NCBI GenBank assembly: GCA_016841665.1
Contig: JAENYT010000006.1
Span: 35,151 to 99,150, forward strand
DNA length: 64,000 nt
Direction: 5' to 3'
Origin: Methanobacteriota archaeon
Lineage (GTDB): Archaea > Halobacteriota > Methanomicrobia > Methanomicrobiales > Methanomicrobiaceae
The notes below the pieces were generated by a model. The model saw nothing but the letters and a program-made list of their open reading frames with translations. It did not search any database and was not told the origin of the DNA. Positions 1 through 9,931 of this stretch are shown here, one piece after another; within the stretch, counting starts at the first letter, position 1; every line of letters starts with the position of its first letter. Made by a program: the position numbers and the translations under genes.

Positions 1-432
1 CCCGTGCATCAGGACGGTGCCTTTCGCCGCATCGGCATCCGCCGGCACGGTGAGGGCGTAGAGCGACGAGCCCCGGTAGGGCACCCGGTGCCGCTCGATG
101 CCGTCGTCCCGAAACAGGGCATAGAAGAGATCGATGAACCGGTCGTAGCAGCGGTCCCTGTCGGGATCGTCCGTCATCATGTAGAATGCCGCGCCGCGGT
201 AGTAGATCGCGGCGTTCCTGAGCCGCCCTTCCGACTCGGCCTCCTCGGCAAGCCGCAGCATTTCTGTTTTCCAGTCAGAAAAGTCACGGATGCTCCGGCC
301 GGCCCGTTCCATGTCCTCGAAGCGGGCGAATCCCAGCGAGTGCCAGCGGTTCAGCTGGAAGTTGAACATCTGGTTCTCGTGGAAGCGATGGTAGCCGACG
401 GGCAGGTCGAAGCGGGATGTGTGCGCACCCAT
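1..432 (-). CDS. 5' part of a gene running off the left edge; hypothetical protein, possibly alpha/beta-hydrolase family
   Basis: Not in the ORF track because it is open at the window edge. My reverse-strand translation from the ATG at 432-430 reads MGAHTSRFDLPVGYHRFHENQMFNFQLNRWHSLGFARFEDMERAG...GTVLMHG with no stop down to base 1. The overlapping + ORF 4..630 is Arg/Pro/Gly-rich shadow. The family guess is weak and from memory only. Confidence 0.45.
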   Translation of the reverse strand, partial: MGAHTSRFDLPVGYHRFHENQMFNFQLNRWHSLGFARFEDMERAGRSIRDFSDWKTEMLRLAEEAESEGRLRNAAIYYRGAAFYMMTDDPDRDRCYDRFIDLFYALFRDDGIERHRVPYRGSSLYALTVPADADAAKGTVLMHG

Positions 433-607
433 GATTGCTCTACTGATAATCAGGCGCGGGGTATATGGAGGTGCTGGAAGGGGAGGATGACAGATGGTTC
501 AATGGTGCAGCTCATTCAGAACCGAAAACTAAAATTTCCATCGCGCCGTGGGCAGGCGTGCCCTGCATCCCAGACACCAGGCCGCAAACCGAAAACCTGC
601 CGCCGCG

Positions 608-1462
608 TCAGTACACACCCTCGCCGGTGATGAGAACGCCCTTCACCGGATAGGTGTCGCTGCATTCACCGATAAACTCATGACGCACTCTCTCCCGGTA
701 CGAGTTCAACCGCCAGCCCAGGACCCACCACTGGTTGATCCCCTGGAATTCGGTCGAGATGGTGAGGACGTTCTCGTCATCGGCATCGTATGAGAGGATA
801 AACGGCACCTCCACGACAAATCCTGAGGACCCGGGGCTTACATAGTAGCCTTCCCCCATGAATCCGTCGGAACTGCTGAAATTGCTCACAATCCGGTAGG
901 GCATGAACAGGGGCTCATTTCCTATCGGCATTCGGGTAGCGATCTCGTGGCCGGGATCGTTGTTATACATATGAAGCTCCATTTCGACGAGCACCGGCGT
1001 CTCTTCCGAATATCTGTCGGAGTAGATGTGAGTCGGTTGGGGCAGATCCGACTCGTTTTCTCCCGGCATGATCGCGATCGGTTCGATACGGTTTTTATAG
1101 AGGGGATCGATCCGGTCGGCCGAGATATTCAGCATGGGAACACCGTTGACCTTCTCAATCCTTGCAGATATATTGTCGCTGTCGAAATGAGTGAAACCGA
1201 CAAGGGACATATTGAGGACCGTCTCATTTGTTCCTGAATCCGGATTGTAATAGGAAGGAACAGGAATCAGGAGGACTGCATTTTCAAGGGGCCCTGTCGT
1301 GGAAAGCTTCAATTCGTAGATATATACCGACTCGGAATTCTCAGCTGCGGATTGACCCAGAAATCCTATGAAAACTGCGATGGATACGAATAGCAGTACC
1401 ACCAGAATCACCATCGCGATGAGTACTTTCCTGAGAATTTTCAATAGATTCCCCATAATCAC
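608..1462 (-). CDS. hypothetical membrane-anchored extracellular protein
   Basis: 284-aa ORF. The N-terminus MIMGNLLKILRKVLIAMVILVVLLFVSIAVFIGFLG is a single TM anchor. The rest is hydrophilic with several N-x-S/T sequons (NET, NMS, NIS, NES). Visibly more AT-rich than its neighbours. No recognisable catalytic motif. Confidence 0.6.
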   Translation of the reverse strand: MIMGNLLKILRKVLIAMVILVVLLFVSIAVFIGFLGQSAAENSESVYIYELKLSTTGPLENAVLLIPVPSYYNPDSGTNETVLNMSLVGFTHFDSDNISARIEKVNGVPMLNISADRIDPLYKNRIEPIAIMPGENESDLPQPTHIYSDRYSEETPVLVEMELHMYNNDPGHEIATRMPIGNEPLFMPYRIVSNFSSSDGFMGEGYYVSPGSSGFVVEVPFILSYDADDENVLTISTEFQGINQWWVLGWRLNSYRERVRHEFIGECSDTYPVKGVLITGEGVY

Positions 1463-1605
1463 TCAGGTATCAGAGAGTGGATGGTATTATAGTCACCTAT
1501 TTCGGGACACCCATTCAATGCACTTCGAACCCTGATAACGGTGGTTCCCTCACCGGGGGATATCCAATCAGGAGAATTCGCCTTTGAACGGATTTTGCCG
1601 GAGAA

Positions 1606-1821
1606 TCAATCACTGCTTTGATCTCCCCGGGAGAATATGGCAATGCCGACAATGGCACTGGCGGTAAGTGTAGCTCCCAAAAACGTCGCATATATTCCAG
1701 GATATTCGCTCCCCAGAAGTAACCCCAGTCCGACTCCTCCGGAAATCGCAATTCCGTATCCAATTCTCTCATGATGTACCATGTGCTCCACCCCGTCCGC
1801 GCCAATGCAGACCATTGTCAT
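1606..1821 (-). CDS. possible small Gly-rich membrane protein
   Basis: 71-aa ORF with two hydrophobic Gly/Ala-rich segments (GYGIAISGGVGLGLLLG, LGATLTASAIVGIAIF). It competes with the overlapping 96-aa ORF 1515..1805 in another frame. Chosen on composition only. Confidence 0.3.
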   Translation of the reverse strand: MTMVCIGADGVEHMVHHERIGYGIAISGGVGLGLLLGSEYPGIYATFLGATLTASAIVGIAIFSRGDQSSD

Positions 1822-2145
1822 GTAGAATAGAAGGGCTACGCCACACCATATGAGATCTCCTGTTTTGTCCGGCGGGCGAGCTTCATTGCTCCTGCTTGCC
1901 CACGTTCGCCGCGGCTTCCCGTCTGCCGTCGGCGGATCACCCGATGGGTGCTGATCTTCAATTCCGGAACCCGGGCGACGTGGCGGTTACGGGTGCGGCC
2001 GCAGGGTAGGCATCTCCCTTCAGCCCGCGTTCGCACGAGCCTTGCCATTGCGTTCGGCATCTCAAAGCACCCGTTGGCGGATCCGGTAGTCCCGCACAAA
2101 TCCGATGATCACGTTTATTTCACCAGGGTATGATCTCCTGATACC

Positions 2146-2940
2146 ATGAACAGGAGTACATTCGCGATTGCAGGGTTCATATTGATCGCCGCCCTCCTCG
2201 GCATAGCGCTCGTCACCACGGCACCGGTGCCGGGCGACACGGAGACGGTGTTCCAGGTTTCCACGATCGACGCGCTTCTCGCGGGCGTGTACGAGGGGAG
2301 CAGTACCGTTGCGGAGGTAAAGGAGCACGGCGACCTCGGGCTGGGCACCCTCGATGCACTCGACGGAGAGATGATTGTGGTGGATGGAACCGTGTACCAG
2401 GTGAAGGATGACGGGTCGGTCGCCGTCGTGACCGACACCATGACGACGCCCTTCGTGGTGGTGACATGGTTTTCACCCGATATCACCAGCGAGATCACCG
2501 GGCCGCTGAACCTCACCGAACTCGAAGCACAGCTCAACAGCACGTTCCCCTTGCAAAACCTCTTCTATGCGATCCGTATCGACGGTTCATTCTCCTCGGT
2601 GACCGCCAGGAGCGTGCCGGCACAGGAAAAGCCCTACCCGCCTCTCGTTGAGGCGGTAAAAAACCAGTCTGTCTTCGAATATACCGATATGCAGGGCACG
2701 ATTGTCGGGTTCTGGTCACCGGCGTTCGTGGAGGGTATCAATGTTCCCGGGTACCATTTCCACGTGATCTCGGATGACCGCACAAAAGGAGGCCACCTCC
2801 TCGACTGCTCGATCGACCACGCGGTGGTACAGATCGACACCACCCCGAATTTCTTCCTCAATCTCCCTCCCGAGGGTGACTTCCATGCTCTGGATCTCGG
2901 CAGCGATAGGGGAGACGAAGTGGAGCAGGTCGAGCGGTGA
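2146..2940 (+). CDS. budA: alpha-acetolactate decarboxylase with N-terminal signal/anchor
   Basis: Collinear with bacterial AlsD/BudA from memory: VFQVSTIDALLAGVYEG, GDLGLGTLDALDGEMIVVDG, TPFVVVTWF, NLFYAIRIDG, ARSVPAQEKPYPPL, GTIVGFWSP, NVPGYHFHVISDDRTKGGHLLD. N-terminus is MNRSTFAIAGFILIAALLGIALVTTA. Confidence 0.88.
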   Translation: MNRSTFAIAGFILIAALLGIALVTTAPVPGDTETVFQVSTIDALLAGVYEGSSTVAEVKEHGDLGLGTLDALDGEMIVVDGTVYQVKDDGSVAVVTDTMTTPFVVVTWFSPDITSEITGPLNLTELEAQLNSTFPLQNLFYAIRIDGSFSSVTARSVPAQEKPYPPLVEAVKNQSVFEYTDMQGTIVGFWSPAFVEGINVPGYHFHVISDDRTKGGHLLDCSIDHAVVQIDTTPNFFLNLPPEGDFHALDLGSDRGDEVEQVER

Positions 2941-3163
2941 GGGGAATATCCAGCACAGCGAGCCGCAGGCGGCGGTAGCGCCCCCGGATCTCTCTCTTCA
3001 CGCCCTGCGGGATGTCCTCGACTCCTGGTGTGAGCATCCCTGGAAGTAGTGGTGATATCCCCGGTATGGGGGGAGGACCTGACCCCGCACCACCCTCTCA
3101 CCATCACTGCTTATAATACCGGGCTCACTGTATAGATCTTTCAGGCATGCGGGGAGGGAAACA

Positions 3164-3970
3164 GTGAGCCGGAGGGAGTATGTCCACGGGTATTCGAAAC
3201 GTGAATCGGATCGGCTCAGCGACCAGGCGGAGACTCTGACCGGGATCCTCCACCACGACACCCGGTACCCGGCGGGATCGCGGGTACTCGAAGCAGGCTG
3301 CGGCATCGGGGCCCAGACCGTCATCCTGGCACGGAACAGCCCGGACGCGCAGATCACGTCGGTGGATATATCCGAAATCTCGCTGGATCAGGCAAAACAA
3401 CGGGTGGCAAAAGAGGGCATCACGAACGTCACGTTCGAGACCGGCGATTTATACAACCTGCGATACGGTCCGGAGAGCTTTGACCACATCTTTGTCTGCT
3501 TCGTCCTTGAACACCTTACAGAGCCCCACCGTGCGCTTGAAGGCTTCCGCCCGCTGCTCAGAGGAGGCGGTACGATAACGGTGATCGAGGGTGATCACGG
3601 CTCGGCGTTCTTCCACCCGGACAGCGGGTGTGCCCGCCGGGCCATCGGGTGCCTGGTCGACCTCCAGCGGGAGATGGGCGGCAATGCCCTGATCGGAAGG
3701 GAACTCTACCCTATCGTCACCGGTGCAGGGTTCCGTGATGTCCATGTTTCTCCGCGGATGGTGTACGTGGATGCGTCCCGGCCCGAACTCATTGAGGGGT
3801 TCACGAAACAGACCTTTACCGCGATGGTCGAAGGCATCGAAAACGACGTGGTAAGCCGGGGCATGATGAGCCGGGAGGACTGGGAGCAGGGGATACGCGA
3901 CCTCTACCGCACCTGCGAGCCGGACGGGGTGTTCTGCTACACGTTCTTCAAGGCGACGGGTAGCAAATAA
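3164..3970 (+). CDS. class I SAM-dependent methyltransferase
   Basis: GTG start. SAM motif I VLEAGCGIGAQT followed by ITSVDIS and DHIFVCFVLEHL (motif II/III-like). The N-terminal YVHGYSKRESDRLSDQA is typical of this UbiE-like subgroup. Confidence 0.8.
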   Translation: MSRREYVHGYSKRESDRLSDQAETLTGILHHDTRYPAGSRVLEAGCGIGAQTVILARNSPDAQITSVDISEISLDQAKQRVAKEGITNVTFETGDLYNLRYGPESFDHIFVCFVLEHLTEPHRALEGFRPLLRGGGTITVIEGDHGSAFFHPDSGCARRAIGCLVDLQREMGGNALIGRELYPIVTGAGFRDVHVSPRMVYVDASRPELIEGFTKQTFTAMVEGIENDVVSRGMMSREDWEQGIRDLYRTCEPDGVFCYTFFKATGSK

Positions 3971-4071
3971 CCGGTCCAGGACGCCACCACGGTTCCGGCG
4001 TCGTGCGTCCATACCACCCCCTGGATCATCCGGCATGCAGGAGATGCAGGCACCAGCACCCCACCGCGGTA

Positions 4072-5076
4072 TCAAGATGAAGCATCCTCGCTTCGCAGAA
4101 TTCCCAGCACCCCTGCAGCGAGCGCCAGCACCGGGCCGAGGAGAAGCCCGGACCATGCAAAAAGGCCGAGGAGACTGATGACGATCATGAGAACACCACC
4201 CTTCCGAGAGGCGTGCCCGTTCCGGTGAAGCCCTGTCCTGATGGCGAACGTTCCCAGGATGACCGCAATAAGCACATAGATGAGAGGAAGCACGGCGACG
4301 GACTCGAGGCCAGTCTTTTCGAGGGCGACCGCAGTCTGGAGGAGCAGCATCAGACCGCTCCCGAGGTAGAGGAGACCCGCACTGATGGCAAGCCAGCCGA
4401 AGAGACCGCCAAGGGAGATCTCGTTCCTCCGCAGTCCGAGCACGAGCAGCCCGTATCCCACGATGAGGGTGAGGACCATCGGGGCGAGGATGAAGGCGAG
4501 TGGCTGGCCTTCCCATCGATGGATGCCGATCACATCGAGGGGCACTCGCAGAAACTCTGTCGGGGAAAAATCCTCACGAAATCCGACGACGAGCCCGAAT
4601 GCACCTCCCGTATCCGGCTCGAAGACCGCAACATGGTAGGTCCCGGCGGCAGGGACTTCCACGGAGTATGCGGCCCCGGGGTAGATGGCCGCGGGGGTGA
4701 AGGGCTCGAACTCGGCCATTTCCGGCACCTGTCCCAGGATCACCGCCGCTCCCACACCTTCCGGCACCTCGACGAAGGGCGGCACTGTTCCGGAAGGTGC
4801 GATGCCGGGGCCCATCACCACCATGCCGGGAGAGAAAGAGGATCGTTCCGGGGTGAAGACGCTGAGCCGGAGCTCTTCACCCTCTTCCATCTCGAACCGG
4901 TAATACTTCGCCGTCCCACCGGCATCGAGGCGGTCGTAGACGACCCATGATTTCGTCGGGTCTTCCACCGCGAGCGCATGGTCAAGGTGATCGTTTTCCC
5001 CGCCCGAGAGCGGCACATGGGCGTATGCTGCGGCAAACAGCGCCACAATGAGAAGGACTGTCAGCCATCCCTTCAC
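4072..5076 (-). CDS. hypothetical membrane protein: secreted N-terminal domain plus about 5 C-terminal TM helices
   Basis: Signal peptide MKGWLTVLLIVALFAAAYA followed by HVPLSGG. A roughly 190-aa beta-rich-looking domain comes next, then hydrophobic helices (LAFILAPMVLTLIVGYGLLVL etc.). The competing ORFs 3449..4516 and 4213..4950 are Arg/His-rich shadows. Confidence 0.6.
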   Translation of the reverse strand: MKGWLTVLLIVALFAAAYAHVPLSGGENDHLDHALAVEDPTKSWVVYDRLDAGGTAKYYRFEMEEGEELRLSVFTPERSSFSPGMVVMGPGIAPSGTVPPFVEVPEGVGAAVILGQVPEMAEFEPFTPAAIYPGAAYSVEVPAAGTYHVAVFEPDTGGAFGLVVGFREDFSPTEFLRVPLDVIGIHRWEGQPLAFILAPMVLTLIVGYGLLVLGLRRNEISLGGLFGWLAISAGLLYLGSGLMLLLQTAVALEKTGLESVAVLPLIYVLIAVILGTFAIRTGLHRNGHASRKGGVLMIVISLLGLFAWSGLLLGPVLALAAGVLGILRSEDASS

Positions 5077-5381
5077 GGTTCATCACTTCCCACCGGATCG
5101 GCCTATCCGAATCCGGCACAAATCCAACCAATGAACTTTTCAGCTACGTCCGCACATATAATCCTTCTCCCCTGCCTGCTCACTCAGCAGCGGCATCTCA
5201 TCCCGCGAAATAGGCCATCATCCACGGGGATTGTGAGGTGCTATGCTTCCCGCAAAGGGGCAGGATCAGGGTACTTCTTCTTGCACCACGCAGATGAGCG
5301 AGAAAAGGAGACATCCTATCGGCCAGGAACAAAAGACACCTTCCGGCAATCTGCCGCGGGAATCAACGGAAAAAAGAGAGA

Positions 5382-6884
5382 TTACTCCGATACCACATCT
5401 TCGTCGCCGGCAGGGGGTTCCTTCACCAAAAAAGAGATGATGACGGCGAGGACGGGGATGGTGATCACGATGCCCCACCCGACGAGGTTCGCAAAGCCGG
5501 GGTAGCCACCGTAGGGATTGGTGATGCCGTCGACCACATTGATGAGGAGGGCGATGGCGAGAAAGCCGGGCACGATGAGCATGATGCAGTAGTCCCACCA
5601 CCTGCCGATCCGCCAGTCCGAGAACTGGTTGACAAACGCCCGCAGCTTCGGCGGACCGTAGACATAGCCGATGAATACCGTCTCGGACAGACCGACAAGG
5701 ATGAGCAGGAAGTACATGATGTAGTGGTCGACAATATCCAGCCAGTAGAGGCCTGAACTGGTCATATAGAAGGTACCGACCACGAACGCCACGACGCAGA
5801 TCACCCCGTTGATCAGCCATTCAGGCTTGCGTATATAATCCTGTATCGCGGCGCTCGTCGCCTCCACCAGCGAAAACGCCGAGTCGATGCCGAGCGTGAC
5901 CAGCATGATGAAGAAGAGCACTCCGAAGAACTCCGGTGCCACCGGCAGGGCGCTGATGGCGGCCGGGTAGGTGACAAAGACCAGCTCGATGCCGCTCCTC
6001 ACCACCTCGGTGACCGCGACCCCGTTGACATGCGCCAGGTACCCGAGCGTGGAGAAGACGGCGAGCCCGGCGAAGATGGAGGTGAAACTGTTGGCGAAGG
6101 CGATGATGATCCCGTTCTTCACCACATCCTGCTCCTCCCCGAGGAACCGTGAATAGGCGATGATGATGGCCATGCCCAGCGAGAGCGAGTAAAAGATCTG
6201 GCCATACGCAGCGATCCACACGTCGATGTTCAGCAGGGCGCCGAAATCGGGGGTGAGGTAGTAGGCGATGCCGTCCATTGCCCCTGGCAGGGTGACCCCG
6301 CGTATGACGAAGACGATGATGAGCAGCCACGGCAACACCACGGTAATCCAGACCATCTTTTCGACGGAACGCACGCCCTTGAAGATGGAGAAATAGATCC
6401 AGAGCCAGGCGACGACCGCCCCGGCCAAAATGAGCATATTGATGGTGCCGAACGTGGAAACCCCCTCGGAAAGGCCGAGGAACGAGCCGTAGAAGAATGC
6501 GCCGGGGTCCGATCCCCAAGCGAGATCGAGCGAGAAGAACGCATAATCGACGCTCCATGCGATGATCACCGCATAGTAGGTGACGATGAGGAACGCAATA
6601 AGCGCCGCGATCCATCCGGCGATATCATATCTCCCGCCCAGGAGCTTTCTGAACGCAAGGGGAGCACCGGCACGGGTTTTGTAGCCGACCCCCATCTCCA
6701 GGATCAGGAGCGGGATGCCGGCAGTGAGGAGCGCAATCAGGTAGGGAATAAGAAATGCACCACCGCCATTTGCATAGGCAATGTAGGGGAACCGCCAGAG
6801 ATTGCCGAGGCCGACGGCGGACCCTACCACGGCGAGGATAAACGTTGTCCGTGAACTCCAAAATTGCTGCTCTGCCATATGCAA
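5382..6884 (-). CDS. sodium-dependent transporter, NSS/SNF family
   Basis: Signature N-terminus WSSRTTFILAVVGSAVGLGNLWRFPYIAYANGGGAFLIPY. About 11-12 hydrophobic helices, 500 aa. Confidence 0.9.
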   Translation of the reverse strand: MHMAEQQFWSSRTTFILAVVGSAVGLGNLWRFPYIAYANGGGAFLIPYLIALLTAGIPLLILEMGVGYKTRAGAPLAFRKLLGGRYDIAGWIAALIAFLIVTYYAVIIAWSVDYAFFSLDLAWGSDPGAFFYGSFLGLSEGVSTFGTINMLILAGAVVAWLWIYFSIFKGVRSVEKMVWITVVLPWLLIIVFVIRGVTLPGAMDGIAYYLTPDFGALLNIDVWIAAYGQIFYSLSLGMAIIIAYSRFLGEEQDVVKNGIIIAFANSFTSIFAGLAVFSTLGYLAHVNGVAVTEVVRSGIELVFVTYPAAISALPVAPEFFGVLFFIMLVTLGIDSAFSLVEATSAAIQDYIRKPEWLINGVICVVAFVVGTFYMTSSGLYWLDIVDHYIMYFLLILVGLSETVFIGYVYGPPKLRAFVNQFSDWRIGRWWDYCIMLIVPGFLAIALLINVVDGITNPYGGYPGFANLVGWGIVITIPVLAVIISFLVKEPPAGDEDVVSE

Positions 6885-7250
6885 CCCCGATGCGCACTAC
6901 ACCGAATGTCGTGAAAAATGTATCTTATATTCTCATCACCCGTATTCAATCGATGCTCCGCAGGGACCTTCACCAGGCCGACCCTCTGGCGATCTCACCG
7001 CACCGGCTCCACAGGGCTGTTCCGGCTGATCATTTTGCCAGGGGAGCGGGGGGATGATACTCCCGCGTCCAGAACATTATGCATCAGCCTCATGGCGTAA
7101 AATCCACATTCATGACCGAATCGGGCAAGATTTAAAAAACAGATCGAATTTTGCATGCCATACGGGTATTCCACGCAGGACAGGATAAATAAACCAAATT
7201 GAAGGTATTTTTGCGAATTAAGCCCTAATTATTCGTTTTTTACGAACACA

Positions 7251-7256
7251 TATATA
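7251..7256 (+). promoter_or_regulatory. candidate TATA box for ablA
   Basis: TATATA in the context acacatatatagcg, about 40 nt upstream of the ATG at 7296. It lies in a clearly AT-rich 400-bp divergent intergenic region. An AAAGGA Shine-Dalgarno-like element sits at 7281-7286. Confidence 0.35.
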
Positions 7257-7295
7257 GCGTGAACTCGGTACTGTACCTGCAAAGGATTGTTCTTG

Positions 7296-8609
7296 ATGCC
7301 CATTTATTCAGCCACGCAGCAGCAGATTGCAGAAAAAATTGAACACGGATCAGAGATCTCTAACTGGAAAGACTGGCGGTGGCACATCCGCCATACCATT
7401 CAGGATATCAGTACGGTCGAGAAACTGTTGGGGATCGAATTTCCCGAGGAGAAAAGGAAACGGCTGCAAGAGACGGTGGAGCGGTTTCCTCTCCGTATCA
7501 CCCCTTACTATCTCTCATTGATCCAGGCCGACGACTATGAAAATGACCCGGTCTTCATGCAGGCCTTCCCCTCTGAAGAGGAGCTCATCGTGGAGAGCTA
7601 TGACATGGAGGACCCCCTCGCCGAGGATACGGACAGCCCCGCAGCCTGTATCACGCACCGTTACCCGGACCGGGTGCTCTTCCTCGTGAGTAATGTCTGT
7701 GCCATGTACTGCCGGCACTGCACCAGGAAGCGGAAAGTCGGCGATGTCGACTCGGTTCCCGACGACCGGGAGATACGGGAGGCTATTGCGTACATCGCGA
7801 ACCACCCCCAGATCCGTGACGTGCTCCTCTCGGGAGGCGACCCGCTCATGCTCCCCGACGACCGCCTCGACTGGATCCTCACCGAGCTGGAAGCCATTGC
7901 GCACGTGGAGGTGATACGTATCGGGACCAGAACCCCGGTCGTCCTCCCCTACCGCATTACCGATGAACTGGCAGCAATGCTCGCCCGCCATCACCCCGTC
8001 TGGATCAACACTCATTTCAACCACCCCCGGGAGATCACCACCTCTTCAAGGCAGGCGCTGGCACGGCTGGCCGACGCCGGCATCCCCCTCGGCAACCAGA
8101 CGGTCCTCCTCGCAGGAGTGAATGACTGCCCCCGGATCATGAAGAGACTGGTACATAAACTGGTCCAGAACCGGGTGCGGCCGTACTACATGTACCAGTG
8201 CGACCTCTCGGAAGGCCTCGCCCATTTCAGGACGCCGGTGGGCAAGGGGATCGAGATCATCGAGAGCCTTATCGGGCATACCAGTGGATTTGCGGTTCCC
8301 ACCTACGTCATCGACGCACCGGGAGGCGCAGGCAAAATCCCCATCATGCCTAACTACCTCATCTCGTGGTCCACGAACAAGGTGGTGCTCAGGAACTACG
8401 AGGGCGTGATCTCCACCTACCGGGAGCCCGACTGCTACCAGGCGGTCTATTGCGACCGCAACTGCGACGAATGTTCGCTGCAGCTCAAACTGGACGACGC
8501 CGACGAATCAAAAGCGGTGGGCATAGAGAAACTCCTCTCCGATTACGACGAGACGATCACGCTGGTGCCTCAGGATACCGACCGGATAGATCGAAGGAAT
8601 GACAACTGA
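7296..8609 (+). CDS. ablA: lysine 2,3-aminomutase (radical SAM)
   Basis: Radical-SAM cluster motif [13 protein letters not shown]. KamA-type blocks [58 protein letters not shown] prefer the ATG at 7296 over the TTG at 7287 given in the track. Confidence 0.9.
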   Translation: MPIYSATQQQIAEKIEHGSEISNWKDWRWHIRHTIQDISTVEKLLGIEFPEEKRKRLQETVERFPLRITPYYLSLIQADDYENDPVFMQAFPSEEELIVESYDMEDPLAEDTDSPAACITHRYPDRVLFLVSNVCAMYCRHCTRKRKVGDVDSVPDDREIREAIAYIANHPQIRDVLLSGGDPLMLPDDRLDWILTELEAIAHVEVIRIGTRTPVVLPYRITDELAAMLARHHPVWINTHFNHPREITTSSRQALARLADAGIPLGNQTVLLAGVNDCPRIMKRLVHKLVQNRVRPYYMYQCDLSEGLAHFRTPVGKGIEIIESLIGHTSGFAVPTYVIDAPGGAGKIPIMPNYLISWSTNKVVLRNYEGVISTYREPDCYQAVYCDRNCDECSLQLKLDDADESKAVGIEKLLSDYDETITLVPQDTDRIDRRNDN

Positions 8610-9438
8610 CACAATCATCGCCAAAGAGGGGACGGTCATCCAGCACGGGCCGCTGAACGACCGGGTGTACCTGATGAAACTGGGGCCGGGGATTGTGCAG
8701 TTCACCCTCGAGAAGGCGGAGGCGCTGGCCAGAGAACACGGCTATTCCAAGATCTTCGCGAAAGTACCCGCATCGGCGAGAGAGGCATTTGTGGAGCGGG
8801 GGTATACGGTGGAAGCGTTTGTGCCCGGCTTCCTCAATGGGCGGGAAGACGGGTATTTTTTTGCCAAATATCTCGACCCCGGACGGCGCGAACCCGCTGA
8901 TGCGGACATCATCGAGGACGTACTCGCAGCAGCCCTCGCCCGCAGCGACGCGTGCCGGTCATGCTCTCTCCCGCCGGGATTTACCATCCGGCCCGCGGGC
9001 ACCGAAGACGCCCCGGCACTCGCGGCCCTGTACGGATCGGTCTTTGAGACCTACCCCTTTCCCATCCATGATCCCGGCTACATCAGGGAGACGATGCAGT
9101 CGCATATCCACTACTACTGCGCCGTCAGGGAGGGCCGAATCATCGCCGCTTCGTCGGCGGAGACGGACCGAGGCTCGCAGAGCGTGGAGATGACCGATTT
9201 TGCCACACATCCCTCCTACCGGGGCATGGGGCTGTGTGCCGCCCTCCTCGCAACGATGGAGAGGGACATGCAGGATGCGGGCATGCGCACAGCCTACACC
9301 ATCGCCAGGGCGGCCATGTACCCCATCAATATCACCTTTGCCCGTGCAGGCTATGAGTTCGGAGGGACCCTGCGCAACAATACCAACATCTGCGGCGCAT
9401 TCGAGAGCATGAACGTTTGGTACAAAAGGATCAGGTAG
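8599..9438 (+). CDS. ablB: beta-lysine N6-acetyltransferase (GNAT)
   Basis: Overlaps the ablA stop by 11 nt. The C-terminal half is GNAT-like ([26 protein letters not shown]). The position directly downstream of kamA matches the abl operon described in methanogens. Confidence 0.8.
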   Translation: MTTDTIIAKEGTVIQHGPLNDRVYLMKLGPGIVQFTLEKAEALAREHGYSKIFAKVPASAREAFVERGYTVEAFVPGFLNGREDGYFFAKYLDPGRREPADADIIEDVLAAALARSDACRSCSLPPGFTIRPAGTEDAPALAALYGSVFETYPFPIHDPGYIRETMQSHIHYYCAVREGRIIAASSAETDRGSQSVEMTDFATHPSYRGMGLCAALLATMERDMQDAGMRTAYTIARAAMYPINITFARAGYEFGGTLRNNTNICGAFESMNVWYKRIR

Positions 9439-9508
9439 GGGATCATGACAGCCCGCTTTCGGGGCATTATGGGTATCGAAATGTCGGCTCCGGGGGGCAC
9501 GACGGCCC

Positions 9509-9926
9509 TCATTTCTCCAGCCACGGCCGCAGCCCGTCGAGCGGCCGGGTGTTGATCACGTCGCCGGCCTCCAGCCACCCCCGCCGGGCCACCGCCACCC
9601 TGAGATCCTGAAACCGGACATGATCGATGTCGTGGGCATCGGTGCTGATCCCGAGCATGGCCCCGCGTCATGCGCCCTGCGGCAGTGGACATCGGAGAGG
9701 TCGAGCCGGGTGGGAAACGCGTTGATCTCCAGCAGGACGCCTGCGGACGCCGCCTCTTCGAAGACCGTGTCCAGATCAAGGGCATAGGGTTCCCGCATCT
9801 TCTTCTTCTTCGTCGCGCTGGGGTAGGCGCGCGGTTTGTATTCCACCCCCCCTTGCGCTCGAGGAGAACGGCGATCTCGTGCAGGATAGCGGCAATTTTC
9901 GCGTTGGATACCTTCTTTTCAGCCAT
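9509..9926 (-). pseudogene. decayed remnant of a family X DNA polymerase (PolX, HhH + PHP)
   Basis: Three reading frames carry consecutive PolX-like pieces. MAEKKVSNAKIAAILHEIAVLLERKGG is the N-terminal HhH region. After a frameshift comes EYKPRAY. The sequence then jumps straight to PHP C-terminal blocks LLEINAFPTRLDLSD. After another frameshift it reads GISTDAHDIDHVRFQDLRVAVARRGWLEAGDVINTRPL with a stop at 9511-9509. About 140 codons remain where roughly 570 are expected. Confidence 0.55.
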
Positions 9927-9931
9927 CCCGT

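Noticed and set aside
4-630. 208-aa + ORF at the left edge
   Set aside because: Arg/Val/Gly/Pro-rich with no motifs. The opposite strand gives a clean coding-like translation from the ATG at 432 to the window edge.
1836-2099. 87-aa Arg-rich minus ORF in the gap upstream of budA
   Set aside because: Very basic, with no hydrophobic core and no motif I can name. It could be a real small nucleic-acid-binding protein, but the sequence alone does not support a call.
3449-4516. 355-aa minus-strand ORF bridging the methyltransferase and the membrane-protein gene
   Set aside because: Arg/Pro/Gly-rich shadow frame. The + strand methyltransferase (SAM motif) and the other minus frame (signal peptide plus TM helices) explain the region better.
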